Below, piece after piece: positions 50,946-63,600 of a stretch of 64,000 nucleotides of DNA. Where the stretch lies: the NCBI RefSeq assembly GCF_030144855.1, contig NW_026780602.1:372001-436000 (forward strand), read 5' to 3'. The stretch comes from Hypanus sabinus. Lineage: Eukaryota. The notes beneath the pieces were generated by a model. It was not told the DNA's origin. It saw only the letters and a program-made list of their open reading frames with translations, and did no database searches. A program made the position numbers and the translations under genes. Position 1 is the first letter of the stretch. Every line of letters starts with the position of its first letter.

Positions 50946-51116
50946 GATGTTCAATGTCGGTCTCACAGATTCTGGTGCCGAGGTTCTCGCCTCCGCTCTC
51001 AGTACAATGGGATCACTAACGGACCTGAACCTGAGTGATAATAATCGGGGAGGTTCAGGAGTGAAACTGGTGACTGCGGCTCTGAATAACCCTGTGTGTA
51101 AAATACAGAAACTGTG
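50946..51116 (+). pseudogene. 171-bp NLR-type LRR exon (unit 3, first)
   Basis: Splice sites and LRR consensus intact. Confidence 0.88.
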
Positions 51117-51271
51117 GTAAGTACCAGACTGTGGGAGATTTTGTTAACAGTCACTGCGTGTTTGACACTGAATTTTAATGTGATCAGTAATTGTGTTACT
51201 GATAAACATTGGGGATTTGTACCGACTCCTGTCTTTCTGTTTCCTTCACCCTCACTCTCTCTCATCTCAAG

Positions 51272-51442
51272 GATGTTCAATGTCGGTCTCACAGATTCTG
51301 GTGCCGTGGTTCTCGCCTCCGCTCTCAGTACAATAGGATCACCAACGGACCTGAACCTGAGTGATAATAATCGGGGAGGTTCAGGAGTGAAACTGGTGTC
51401 TGCGGCTCTGAGGAAACGGGCGTGTAAAATACAGAAACTGTG
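51272..51442 (+). pseudogene. 171-bp NLR-type LRR exon (unit 3, second; 326-bp module repeat)
   Basis: MFNVGLTDSGAVVLASALSTIGSPTDLNLSDNNRGGSGVKLVSAALRKRACKIQKL; AG/GT intact. Confidence 0.88.
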
Positions 51443-53734
51443 GTAAGTACAAGACTGTGGGAGATTTTGTTAACAGTCACTGCGTGTTTGACACTGAATA
51501 TTAATGTGATCAGTAATTGCGTTACTGATAAACATTGGGGATTTGTACTGTCTCCTGTCTCTCTGTGTCCTGCACCCCCCCCCCCCACTCTCTCTTATCT
51601 CCAGGCTGAATGATGTCCGTCTGACCGGGGCCACAGTCTGGAGCTCCCTCCGCATCACCCCATCCCACACTCCTGGTTTCCGAATCAGAGAGCAGCTCCA
51701 TCCGCATCATTCATCACACATTCCTCGGCGTCAGATGAAGAGTGAAGTTCCGTATACACCGTCCAATCACTCACACCCGGGGGCAAACTCAAAGTGACGC
51801 TTTTTCCTCATCCTACCTTCAAACAATCCCGGGGTCAGACACAGGGTGAATCTCTCTCCCAACCATTGCATCGCACACTCCCGTTGTCAGATACTAAGTT
51901 AAGCTCGCTCCACAACGTCCCATCACACTCTCCAGCGGTCAGAAACAGAGTGCGGCTCACTCCCCACCGTCCAATCACACACACCCGGGATCATACACTG
52001 AGTACATCTCCCTCCCCACCGTCCCATAACACACATTCGTGGTCATACACAGAGTACGTCACACTGTTCCATCAGACACTCCACATGACAGAAACAGTGA
52101 ATCTACTTCTACAGCGTCGCCATGGATGAAATGATTAACCAATGGATGAACATGACCTTCTATCGACATCCCCTCAATCGGAGCAGAGTAGATGTCGACA
52201 GGAAGAGTCCAACGCCTGTTTCAATGTTGGGGACCTATTTCCAGAAACTGAGTGGTTGTTTGTGGTAAAAGGGTGTCAGGTGGTTAGGACAAAAATATCA
52301 AAATTACACAATAAAAGTCCAGCAAATTCAAGACGAATAAAGCAGAAAATGCCGAGGAAAACACGGAAGCTATCCAACAAATTACAGAATCCTGCGACAC
52401 TTTAAATCAGTCTGATTTCTTACACAGGCAGAAAGCAGTGGTAAGAGGTATTCACCAAAACCGTGCTTTACAATACAAACACATGATACAAAAGGTACTA
52501 TTCATTAGCATAAATACAGTTTCAGTGGCCGAGTCCTACAATTATATTATGACTAATCGTTCATTGTAGATAGGGCAGTACCCGATAGCCGTCCGGATAT
52601 AACATTGCAGGGTAAACCAGTAAAATCAACCTAGAAAGAGGCATGGCTATCCAAAACACGAAGAACACCACAGAAATTAGTAAGGCAATGTCATCTGAAC
52701 GATGCTGGCGTGAAAGACGGAATTGAAAGATTCTGGTCCATGAGCATTGCATTACACGATACCCTTCCGCTTATAATATTACAGGATAAAGAAGCAGGAA
52801 CAACGTACTTAATAGATACAACCATTCCGGATAACACACCACTTACAGAACATCGGAAAGCGAAGATACCCGAGATATGTTGACTTGAAAGAGGAAATAG
52901 AAAGTCCATGGTACACGAACAGTGTAAACATTGTCCCAATACTAATATCTACAACTGGTATTATCCCTAAGTCACCACAGAAAAATATAAAACTGTTACA
53001 CGGCAAATTGTATGTAAATCTCTCGAAAGCCACACTGCTAATCACCACCAGAATAGCCCGAACGTTGCTAGCAATTGAGAAATGATTGCGCTCTCCCATG
53101 TCCATACCTCAGGCTTTACCAGTTTTAGCTGAGAAAAGTGATAGTAAACGTGCGACTGTACTGGAGTGAATGCAGAGGAGATTCGACATGCAGTTTCCTC
53201 GTGTGGAAATTTAATCGAACTCGTGAGGTGACATGACAAACTTTCCCTGGAGCAGAGTGGGCATCTGGGTTTTCCATAAGAATTTGCACTACTATAGCCA
53301 GAATGCATGATTTCTGCGGTGTTAAATATTTCTCCAGAACAGGGTTTCCTAACGCGAAGGACAAGTGTAAGGTTTACTGTAAGTTAGTGCGGAATGTTGA
53401 CTTTCTTTTTCGTTTTATTCTTGGGCAAAAGTAAAGAATCGCTTAGACATCTCCCGATTTGGTCTTAAATGTCCTCAGATCCTGAACAGTCCTATCATTG
53501 TCTAAAGGGTTGTGTCTGTAACGTTAGCGGGAGTATGGTGAAGAGAATGCTGGAATGAGTTGAGTAATTGTGAGGAGGTGGAGGTCGCGGGCTGCAAATG
53601 CCGAAGAGTCTGTTCCCGTGCTGTGTCTACCTCAGGCAATAAAACAGTTTATTTCTCACCTCTGCCTCGTTCTCCGGTGATCGTCAGTTCCATAGATACA
53701 AGATGAAAACACTGCGACGGCCTCTGAGAAGATC

Positions 53735-54643
53735 TTAGATATTCTGTTCATTAATTAGTTGGATAATTGACGTGAGCGGATATTTCGCTGCGCTGATGAA
53801 CTGCTCTCTGAACATGGACTGTGTTACCCCATAAATAAACGTGTTCGTGCAGCAACAATATCACCAGCATGATTCCAGAGTGTTGAAATATGTATTCCGA
53901 ATCGTTGTAATTCTCTGGATCCAATCCGGCGATGATGTAATAAAGGAATTCGGCAACATACACCGACCACAGGATGATGAAGCTTCCGGAGATGGTGAGA
54001 AGTAAGATCACAGACCTCCTCCTGCTCTCCATCTCCGGGTCACTGCGGTTCTGCGCCTTGCTCTGACCCCTCAGCCCCTTACGGACGCGACTCGTCACTA
54101 AAATGTGTCTGACTGTCAGAGCGTTGAACAGTAGTATTAATAGGAAAGGGAGTAATGGCGTTAGAACTGTGGTAAACCAGTCATATCCCACCCACCCGGG
54201 ATCCGTATGGTAGCCTGGCTTCGTAATACAGTCCCAGAGTATATTGTCAATCACTTTCGCAGGATTAAATGCTAAGAAGTGGGGTACATTTTTAAAACAG
54301 AGCAGAACGCCGTTTGTTGACAGAACCACAGTCGCAGTTTTCCCGGTGCAATACTTCGCTCTCCATTTCTGACAACAGATGGCGACAAACCGATCAAACG
54401 TGAAAGTGACGGTGAACCAGACAGAACACTGAGTAGCTGCCTCTCCCAAGGCGGAGATCATACTGCACACCGGGGTGATGTCCAGGAAAGTCCCGGGGAA
54501 GTAATAATAACTGATCCGCCACAATATGACCTGAAAGATGATGCTTAGTAGATCCGCCGTTGCCATGGCCACCAGGTAGCGCGTGGTGCAGATGGAGAGG
54601 CCGCACTTTCCCCGGGACAGGATCACAATCGCCACTAAATTCA
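53735..54643 (-). pseudogene. GPR139-like GPCR exon 2 with 2-bp deletion frameshift in TM7 (~53856)
   Basis: TTCCCCCAG acceptor; VNLVAIVILSRGKCGLS, MATADL, FDRF; AGCAACAATATC vs AGCAACTTAATATC in copies 2 and 3; AATAAA (-) at 53648-53653. Confidence 0.88.
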
Positions 54644-56048
54644 CTGGGGGAACAGCAAACAGAATGAGTGAATTACTGTCTCACCGATCAGTGGGTCTCA
54701 GGGCAGAGACAAGCTGGAAATCGAGAACAATCAGACTGTGCAGACAACTGACTTCTGGGGGTGTAAAAGGAGTAATGCGGGAATCTCAGATCCCTCTCAC
54801 GAATGCATACGGGGTGAACGGAGAAAATACTCGATACTGGAAAGGGAACAGGGTTTGGGAAGGAGGCGTTATCAACGGATCGTCGAGAGCGCTTGAGAGA
54901 AATCAATATAAATCTCCCCCCGTCAGGTTTTGCACTGATGTGTCAAACCTGGGTACCTCGGCAACTTTCTCAGCGATGCTGATTACCGCGTTCCTGTCAC
55001 CTATGTCCTGGTACTCTCACTGTGCAGCGAAGTCCCGCTCCCTCCACCTCTGTCCATCTACAAAGTTCAAAGCAAATTCATTTCCACCGTTCCAATGCCT
55101 GCGTCTCCTTCTTGACTCTCCGTTTAACACACGCACATAGCACCCCCACCACACCTCCGCTTGGATGGCCTCCTTTAAATTCGGCAACTACGCTTTGCCG
55201 GGGTTCCTTCACCCGCTCTCACCGAATCCGATTAGTAGGTTTCAATTTTCGTTTTTGAGGTTTATGCTTCACCCGCTGAACTTTAAAGTGTTTAGCACGC
55301 TAGTGCTTATATCATCAAAGACAGTGTCGGTACTCCAAAAGATCTGCCTCTTTTGGGGACGCTCCGAATTACTTCAGCATTATTCTAAATGTTTCAAAGC
55401 ATATTGTACAAGAACGGAGTATCGCGTGCACCTTACCCCATCCGACCGCTAACGGACGCCGCTGGGCTTGCTCTTAACTCCTGCTTCACTTCACGGATAA
55501 CAGGGCGTGGTAATAAACGCTGGCACAAAACACGCACACAGGCCCTTACTTGACTTATATTCGGAGTCTGACTTACAAATGCAATCGACCACTCTTCCCT
55601 GAATCTCAAAGTCCATTGGCTTCCCGCGTTCCATTCAAATTTGCAGGTAATTCTTTAATCAGAGCACAATACCTTGAATTCTGAATTTAAAGCACCTTGC
55701 TCTAATGAAACGGTATAAAAGCAAATAACCGTAAAGGTGGCGAGCGCGCTGGATTACCGGGGTTTACTTGACAGCGACTTTGCATTGATAAATCACAACT
55801 GCCTGCTATGAATCTACAAAATGAATCCATCTACCCGATCTTTCTCTCTACGGCCGCTTCTGCTGCGGTTTACTACCAGCAGAAGCCATCGATTAAAAAG
55901 CAAGGGAACTTCTGAACGAACACAGAGATTGGTCGCAATGTCTCCACCGCCCTCTCTGACAATCCGACAACACAGCGCTGTCGGTCACTGAACGAGTCCA
56001 CGGACCGCGCACAGAAAACTTAAAATGTTAATTTGCTTGTGTTCTTAC

Positions 56049-56115
56049 CAGGGACACCGATCACGGCAATGACCAAGTACCATATCTTCCCCACACGGTA
56101 AAAGGTTTCACGCAT
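56049..56115 (-). CDS. GPR139-like GPCR exon 1 (MRETFYRVGKIWYLVIAVIGVP, phase 1)
   Basis: ATG at 56115, G|GTAAGA donor, joins in frame to 54643; same intron position as the 28665 gene; TATTAAA at ~56226-56232. Confidence 0.87.
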
Positions 56116-56679
56116 GCTGGCTGAGATTCAGCCTGTCTTCCAGCTGTCCGCGATCTCGCTGGAGAAACTCTGAGCTGACGAATCTCCACGCTCATTCATT
56201 AATACTCGCTCCATCACACGGACTATTTAATATCACACAAGGCTGATGTGTTTTCGAAAAGCTGAGGTTAAAATAATCATGATGTCATTCAAGTAAACTC
56301 CCAATTGTGATGAGTTATCAATAGCTTGACACGAAATTGCAACATGTCAAAGATGAAGAAATGACGATTGGAGAAGTCAGTGAATGTTGTTGTGAAACAA
56401 TCTCAGACTCATCTCTCAGTTTCATGATTGTTATTGTTGATCTTGTCCATTCCGAGGATCCATGGACTTTGTCACCATAGGCCAATGTTATACTGTCAAT
56501 GGGCTGCTCTGTTTCACTCTGGGAATTGTCTCGGTTATAGATCTCGCAATAGAAATATAAAATAAAGAATAAGATGTTTGTACGTTCCTGTAACATAGTG
56601 AAGAACCTTAAACTAATATCACATTCAGGCTCACGGAGATATTTTATGCACGTAAACGTTTAATCAATTTTACTGCAAA

Positions 56680-57355
56680 ACGCACAATATTATGGAGGAA
56701 CCAAACAGTTTAGAAGGCATCTTTGGAAATTATTAATCTGTCGACCTTTCTGGCCAAGACCTTTCTTCAAATTAATTAACACTTGGTCGTACCTCACCTC
56801 CATCAACAGAAGCGAGATTTCCCAGTGGCAAACAATTTTCTTTCCGATCCCCGTTCACGGCACGATATGTCGACCTGTGGCTTGCTCTCGTGCCACAATG
56901 AGGCAACTCTCAGGCCGGATGTGCTACACCTCGAATTCCGTCCAGGTAGCCTGCAATACCATGGCAAGAACATCGATTTCCGTTGAGTTCCGTTATTTTC
57001 CCCTCTTTCCTTTCCCCTCTTCGGCCTCTTATCTCTCCGTCTGATCTGCCTATCGCCGCCCATGACGTCCCTCTTCCTTCCCTTTTCCTTGGATCCACTC
57101 TCCTCTCCTATCAGCTTCCTTCTTCTGCAAACCTTTTCCTTATTCACCTATCATCACCCAGACTGTTATTACGCCAACCTGGCAACACCCTTTCCCTTCT
57201 AGCTTATCCTTCCTCTCCCCGAGGTTCTTATTCTGCCATCTTCCTCCTTCCTTTCTACCCCCTGATGAAGGGTCTTGGCCCGAAACGTCGTCTGTTTGTT
57301 CATTTGCATCGATGCTGCCTGACCTGCGGAGATCTACCAGACTGCGTTGTGTCTG
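56680..57355 (+). mobile_element. Old Penelope-derived element: inverted tail + GIY-YIG C-terminus + tail
   Basis: QKRDFPVANNF..HNEATLR..PGSLQYHGKNIDF; CTGATGAAGGGTCTTGGCCCGAAACGTC at 57262-57289; degenerate reverse-complement tail at ~56680-56770. Confidence 0.75.
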
Positions 57356-58215
57356 TGAATACAATTGATATACATGCAGTCGTTCGTGTAGTAAACCAGC
57401 AGCCACCAAGGTTCTCAAAGGTATGAAGCAAAGTAATTCAACCATGAACTACACATGACCCTCGAATTTGTGTATATGTTTAAAACGACATAGCAACTGC
57501 ATTCATTACATTTGTAACAACAATTGTTTGGCACATGCGCTAAATTGCTAGCGTTGCTGATAGTGTTGTAGACAATGGTATTTGCCTATTTGACACTTCC
57601 ATTGTAAACACAACACAAAACTGTTTATTCTGTTTTTATGTTCCTAATATGCCACCTCCGTTTACTTATGTATTGAATGGTCCGAACAGAATGCCTCTTG
57701 AGAAGAGCCCTTCACTCTCTCTATATACTCGATGCAATAAATATCTAATAAGTCGTCGGTTGTGGGATTAAATTAGTCATTTTGTCAGCTGGTCAGCGAA
57801 GGGCAGACAGGGGTCAACACTGAGGTACGATGTTACCTTCCATGTGTGAGTATGGCTGGGATATTCACAAAGAGTGACGGGGTTCTCGGGAGTGCTGATG
57901 TGGACACGAAGAAAGAAATTGAAGTCCAAACATAATAAAGGTATGGAAGCAGGTTGACAATGGGGCATCCAATACGTTCTGAACAGATGCCGTCACCGAC
58001 GGGAAAAGTCATGATACAATAATATATAATAGTAGTCTGATTTTCTGCTCCCCGTGAGTGATGGACGTGATTGCTGTGGAGCCCTGCACAACTGTTTCAC
58101 CAGGAAATTGCCAAGCATAGAACATTTCCGATATCAGCCGAGAATCTCATTCTCTCCTTGAAACCCAGGACCAGGAGGTGCTTCACACAGAAGCGAAACA
58201 ATTATTAGCGACATA

Positions 58216-58368
58216 CAGTTGCTTGCAAAAGTTTGGGGGAACCCCTGATCAAAATTTATGTTATTGTGAATAGTTTAGTGAAGAAAAGTTTAAATGATCT
58301 CCAGAAGTCATAAAGTTAAAGATGAATGTTTTTCAACATTTTAAGCAAGTTCAGTATATTATTTTTGT
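58216..58368 (+). mobile_element. Tc1-like transposon terminal fragment
   Basis: TA|CAGTTGCTTGCAAAAGTTTGGGGGAACCCCTG resembles Tc1 TIRs. Confidence 0.55.
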
Positions 58369-61224
58369 ATGTACCCGCCACGAAATGTCAACGCATGGGA
58401 AAGGTAATACTGGGGGAAAGTAATCCACGCTGGCCGGGCACTCCTCGTCATCCTGATATAACCTTGAAGATCCCAACTTTGGGTCATTCACTTCCGCGAT
58501 GGCTGGTCTCCACAGAGTTGTCGCGGTATGTACTCCTGAAAACCTCTATTCCTATCTATCTCGTATCATATTAATCTAATAGCTTTCAATTTCGTTCAAT
58601 CAAACTTTATGGCCCTTTCCCCCGACATCTGATTTTGTCCTTCCCAACTCAGACTGGCTCAAGCCGGACACTCGGCGCAGACCAACAGGTCACAGGCTGT
58701 TCCTTCTCATCTGAAAATGGTTTGCTTTCGATCATCAAAAACAAAACAACTCATTGTGACCACCTGTAGTTGCTTTGATGAAGCCATCCCTGAGAACGGA
58801 CCTCCATTCCTGCGATCACATGACAAGAACAACAGCATCTTCTTTGTCTATTTCCATTGCCTTTGCCTCGTTTCCGTTCACTGATTTGCAGATTATAGTT
58901 TTCTGAGCAACATATATGTTCGTCTGTCGATATGTGTGTCTGCACATCTACCTATCCATCCATCTATCTCTCTAACTATCTGGCCGTCTGCCGGTGTGCC
59001 TGTCCTCTGCCTGCCTGTTTCTCTGTCTGTCTGTCTGTGTAATTACAAATCGTTCATCTACTTCTTCCCAGATATTGTGACTTTGATCAAGCGAATTTCA
59101 CAAGAGTGTGGACAATGAGAAGCCGTTTTGAATATTTAAATACTTATTTTCTCAATCTTACCGGATTCATATCTATAAGGTAGATACGCTGTGACATGGG
59201 AGTGACGTCAGTTCATAATTCAATTGACACTTCAAGGGTATTTACAAAGGCCGACTGAAGATCATGATCCAGTAGACAGCGAGTCGGCAGAGTGTAATCC
59301 CTCACTTGCTGTCCCAGTTTTAACTGTATTGATGATATATGGTTTGTTGGACATGGAGTACAACAATGAAGTGAAGGTTCACGTGAACTGGCTGAGAAAC
59401 TGAATCACAGTGAGTGGACAATCAGCTCAAATGAATATATAAGATCTCAGTCCTAATGTGCTGTCTGGACATAGAACGTAATAATGTAAAAGAATGAATG
59501 CCGTTCTACCTTATCAGACTGCCTATTATTGCTGTCATATTTATTCATGGAAAGTCCTTGCATGAAGTCCTCGTACTGAGCGCTCAGGGCTGAATCGGAA
59601 GAGTTGCATTTTTCGTATTACTGTTTGGGATTTCACCAATGGATTGTGTTTATATCGTTTTGTTAAGTTTTAGTCTGAGTCTGAGCTAATTCTAGACTTT
59701 ACTCTGCATTTGAGTTCATCCTTATCCAAAACTCTCTCGTTACGTTCACAAGATCATACGGCTCCTGTGTCATCCAATCTCAAGGTCGCTGTGTCGTTCT
59801 TTCCACAACCAATATAAAATTTGACCAGGAAGTGGAGGACTTTTAAGTGGAACCTAATCAGCAAACTACTAGTGGCCGCGAACAAAAGCAACCTGGAATG
59901 GTTCACCGGAAGTCTTCTGAATTTTGGAGAAAATAAAATGCCCTTGAGAAAAGCAGACTACGGCAAGTCGAATAGGCTGCAGAATTAAAATTCTGAGGTC
60001 AAGATCTAATGTGATAGCTGAAACTATATGGTCGTAATTTTGCACGTTGCGACATCCCATCTCCACTAGCTATGATTATCCTTGTTAATACACAAACACA
60101 AACACACACAAACTCACACAGTAGTAGATATTTAATGCATTTTTAGTTTTTATTAATTGTTGGACTTGAATTATTTTTACACATTCAGCAACCATATGCT
60201 AATCTTGCCATCAAATGCATGTGTTTGTTTAATCTAATCCATTATCACGAAGACTTAACGCACGGTCACGCTAAGATTCTGTATTAATCGGATATAAAAT
60301 ATAGAAATTCTTCTGATCTACGCCGATGCAGCTTCATGGGGAGTAAATAAATATCCCCGAGTCTAAAAATACGTCAGTCACCTTGTCAAACTGAAATGCA
60401 ATATTTACATTATTAGCACCACGTTTCAATTGTAAATTTCTTTTTTAATGACGACTTGCTTTATGGTACAGTCTATTGGAAGACACAGCGATGTTTTGCA
60501 ATCATCTTCCCTAAATATTATTTAGGTATATTTATAATCGAGTATATTCATATAATATTTATATTTATTTTAATATTTATTGTAATATTATAATATCATA
60601 TAATTATAGTATTTATAGTCCTTTAGCGTTTTATTTAAATTATTAATGCTATTTGCTTCATCTCTGAGACTAGTCAATCCCGGAAAATCTGCAGGTGGTT
60701 GTGAATGACAGGATTATGGACACTTAATTATGGAAATTTGTTTGACGTATGAGTACGATTGGCATCTCAGGCTTACGGAGTCCGAATGCGCTGCTCAAGA
60801 GGAAATTAAGTGAGGAAGAGTGTCGTACCACCGACTGCGGCGATCATGACAGTAGTTGACAGGAAGGATTTCACTTTAAAGGCGACGAACAGCTGGTCCT
60901 CTCGGATCAATTTAAACAGGGATGATCATATTCAGAGTTCAAAGTAAATTTATTACGAAAGTAGCCACATGTCACCATATAGGTGGAAAGGACTAGCCAC
61001 ATTTTTGCGGGCATACTCAAATAAACCCAGTAACCATAACCGAATCATGTAATGTACGCACCAACAACGCTAAGCGAACGAGTGCAAAATACAACAAAAT
61101 GTGCAAATACAAACATAGTAAATAGTAAGAATAATATAGGCCCTCCTTGAGAGCATTGCAATTCTGTTAAGAAGAGTAAGGTACCAAATTTAAGTGACAG
61201 CACATCCGAGAAAAGTCAAATTTT

Positions 61225-61992
61225 CAAAGGTTCAAAGGCACAATATACTTAATGTCGGAGGAATGTGTACAGTATACATCCTGAAATTGTTTTTTTTTCT
61301 GAAACATCCACGAAAACAGTAGAGTGTCCCAAAGAGTGAGTGACAGTTAAATGTTTCATCATTCCCCGCAGCTCCTCCCTCCCACGCGTCAGCAGCAGCA
61401 AAGCAAAGATTCCACCCTACACCACCAGCAAAAAAAAAAAGATCAGCGCCCCCCAGCTAGCATTCAAACGTGCTGCAAAACATCAATAAAGACATGGACC
61501 TGCAGTACCCAAAGACTATTTGTTCACCCGGTGTTTCGACATACCACAGGCTCTCTCTCTCCCTAATAAGGGAGAAAGAGTTGGCCCCGAGACTCAAACA
61601 CTCGCTGATTTATTGTGTTAATAATCTGTTGCTTCACTTTTTCTGCCCAGAGAACTCGGGTCTCTAGGCACACAGCCAACAGCCAACTTGCTGCTTTCGA
61701 TCTTCTGCCTATCAGGAGACACCGATTTCCTGTAGAAGCACCAAACTCGAGTCCGCCCGCTTCCAGGGCCACGAAATCCGGAAGCTCCGAGGGCGCCATA
61801 ATCTTCTCGGCCGAGTGGAAGAACGGCCAGTCGTGAGTCCATTCCCGCGAATAATCGAAGTCAGCGTGTAACGCCAGGCCAAGATATTCAAAATAAACCT
61901 AAAAGGGAACAAGAGAGATATTACAGACAGGAATAGAGCTGTTTCCGAAGATGCAAGCAAATGAGTCGCCGTTAGTCGCCATTTTCTCCTAA
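61225..61992 (-). mobile_element. Non-autonomous LINE (Rex1-like) derivative
   Basis: (TTTGAAC)-like tail at the left end and AAAATGGCG-type 5' end at the right; no intact ORF. Confidence 0.4.
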
Positions 61993-61999
61993 GCTACAG

Positions 62000-62455
62000 C
62001 CCCGTAATTACCACTATTAAAGAAAAAGTGAACCAATGGGACAACATGGTCCTTCATGGAAAACATCCCCACGATGTAAGGAAGTTCGATAAATTTAAAA
62101 AATGCAAAGAAAAAGAAAAATAACAATCGAAAGCATTACAGGACCCTGGAACCGCTTAGCACAATCTGAATAGTTACACAGCCACAATCAAATGCAAACA
62201 TCGTTCATCTAAATCTGGCTTTAAAATGCCAACCTGTAAATGAAGTCACACCTTACATGGATACAATTTGATCCGTTTTTCGAGTCAAAATACCACAAAT
62301 TATATTATGTCAGATCAACTTGCTGCAGACTGGACAATCAATAATAACAGGTCGGTGCAGTAGCACAGGATAAACAAGCAAGGGCAACTTATTTAATAGA
62401 TCTAGCCATTCCAAACACACATAGAATACAGAAATCAATAAGTGACAAATCCCAA
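62000..62455 (+). mobile_element. Older R4/Dong-clade fragment
   Basis: QWDNMVLHGKHP and QDKQARATYLIDLAIPNTH, homologous to 44050-45060. Confidence 0.6.
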
Positions 62456-62729
62456 AGAAGACACCTCTGGGTCGCGGATCTCAGTCTAATTTCACAAACT
62501 GGCGAGTTTTATCAGTCTCCGAATAACCAGCCTTACACGTGTTGTATGGTCCTCACACCGGTTAGAAAAGATCAAACTGTCATCCAGATATCCTCAGTGT
62601 ATAGCATTGTCATGGCACCGATGGGGCAGTAGTGTGGTTGCAATCTATTTAATAAACTCCTCAAGGAAGTCGGAACACTTGGGGGTGGGGACGTATTTGA
62701 CATCATCAGACGTCACAGTCTCAGTAAAT

Positions 62730-63392
62730 TAATGGAATGTATTCTTAGAGATGGTATATATAATTATCTGGATAGAGAGTTTCTGATTAGGAGCATTTAA
62801 CATAGATTTGTGAGTGGAAGGTCATGTTTGACAAATCTTATTCAATTTTTTGCCACATTTCTTCATAGGCCTTCTACACATTGTGTCAAGAATCCTTCCT
62901 GAACACACCTAACGTGGAAGCATTGGAAAGGGTACAAAGGAGATTTACCAGAATGCTGCCAGGTTTAGAGAGTATGGATTATGCTCAGAGATTAAAGGAG
63001 CTAGGGCTTTACTCTTTGGACAGAAGGAGGATGAGAGGAGACATTATAGGGGTGTCCAAGATATAAAGAGGAATAGACAGAGTGAACAGCCTGCGCCTCT
63101 TCCCCAGGACCCCACTGCAGAGTACAAGAGGACATGGCTTTAAGGTAACGGGAGGGAAGTTCTAGGGGGATATTAGAGGAAGGTTTTTCACTCAGAGAGT
63201 GGTTGGTGCGTGAAATGCACTGCCTGAGTCGGTCGTGGAGGCAGATACACTAGTGAAGTTTAAAAGACTACTAGACAGGTATATGGAGGAATTTATGGTG
63301 GGGGGTTATCCGGGAGGCAGGCGTTGAGGGTCGGCACGAAATTATGGGCCGAAGTACTTTAATGTCCTGTACTATTCTATGTTCTCTGTTCT
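62730..63392 (+). mobile_element. CR1 LINE 3' end with internal deletion
   Basis: ALERVQRRFTRMLPGLE..RLKELGLYSLDRRRMRG, FFTQRVVG, and (TTCTATG)-type tail. Confidence 0.88.
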
Positions 63393-63600
63393 AAAAAACT
63401 CCACTCCAGGTGCACCCCTAGCTCTAAAAAGATGCCAATCGAGATTTCGGAAATTAAGAACTCCCATCACAACCACTCTGTTCTTCTTGCAACTTTCCAG
63501 GTTCGGTTTCCCTATCTGCCCCTCGATATCCCTGTTACTATTGGACCGCAATGTAAAAAACTCCCAGTAAAGTTATTGACCCGCTTCAGTATCTACTGAA

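Larger units (their letters stand above)
40915..54480. repeat. Tandem array, ~3867-bp period (GPCR 3' part / LRR exons / minisatellite / R4 fragment)
   Basis: GPCR stops at 41793, 45659, 49526, 53735; LRR exons at 43211, 47078, 50946; the last unit is longer by an extra 326-bp exon-intron module. Confidence 0.97.

Noticed and set aside
59203-59210. Isolated TGACGTCA (also 34649-34656)
   Set aside because: Single motifs without promoter context; compatible with chance
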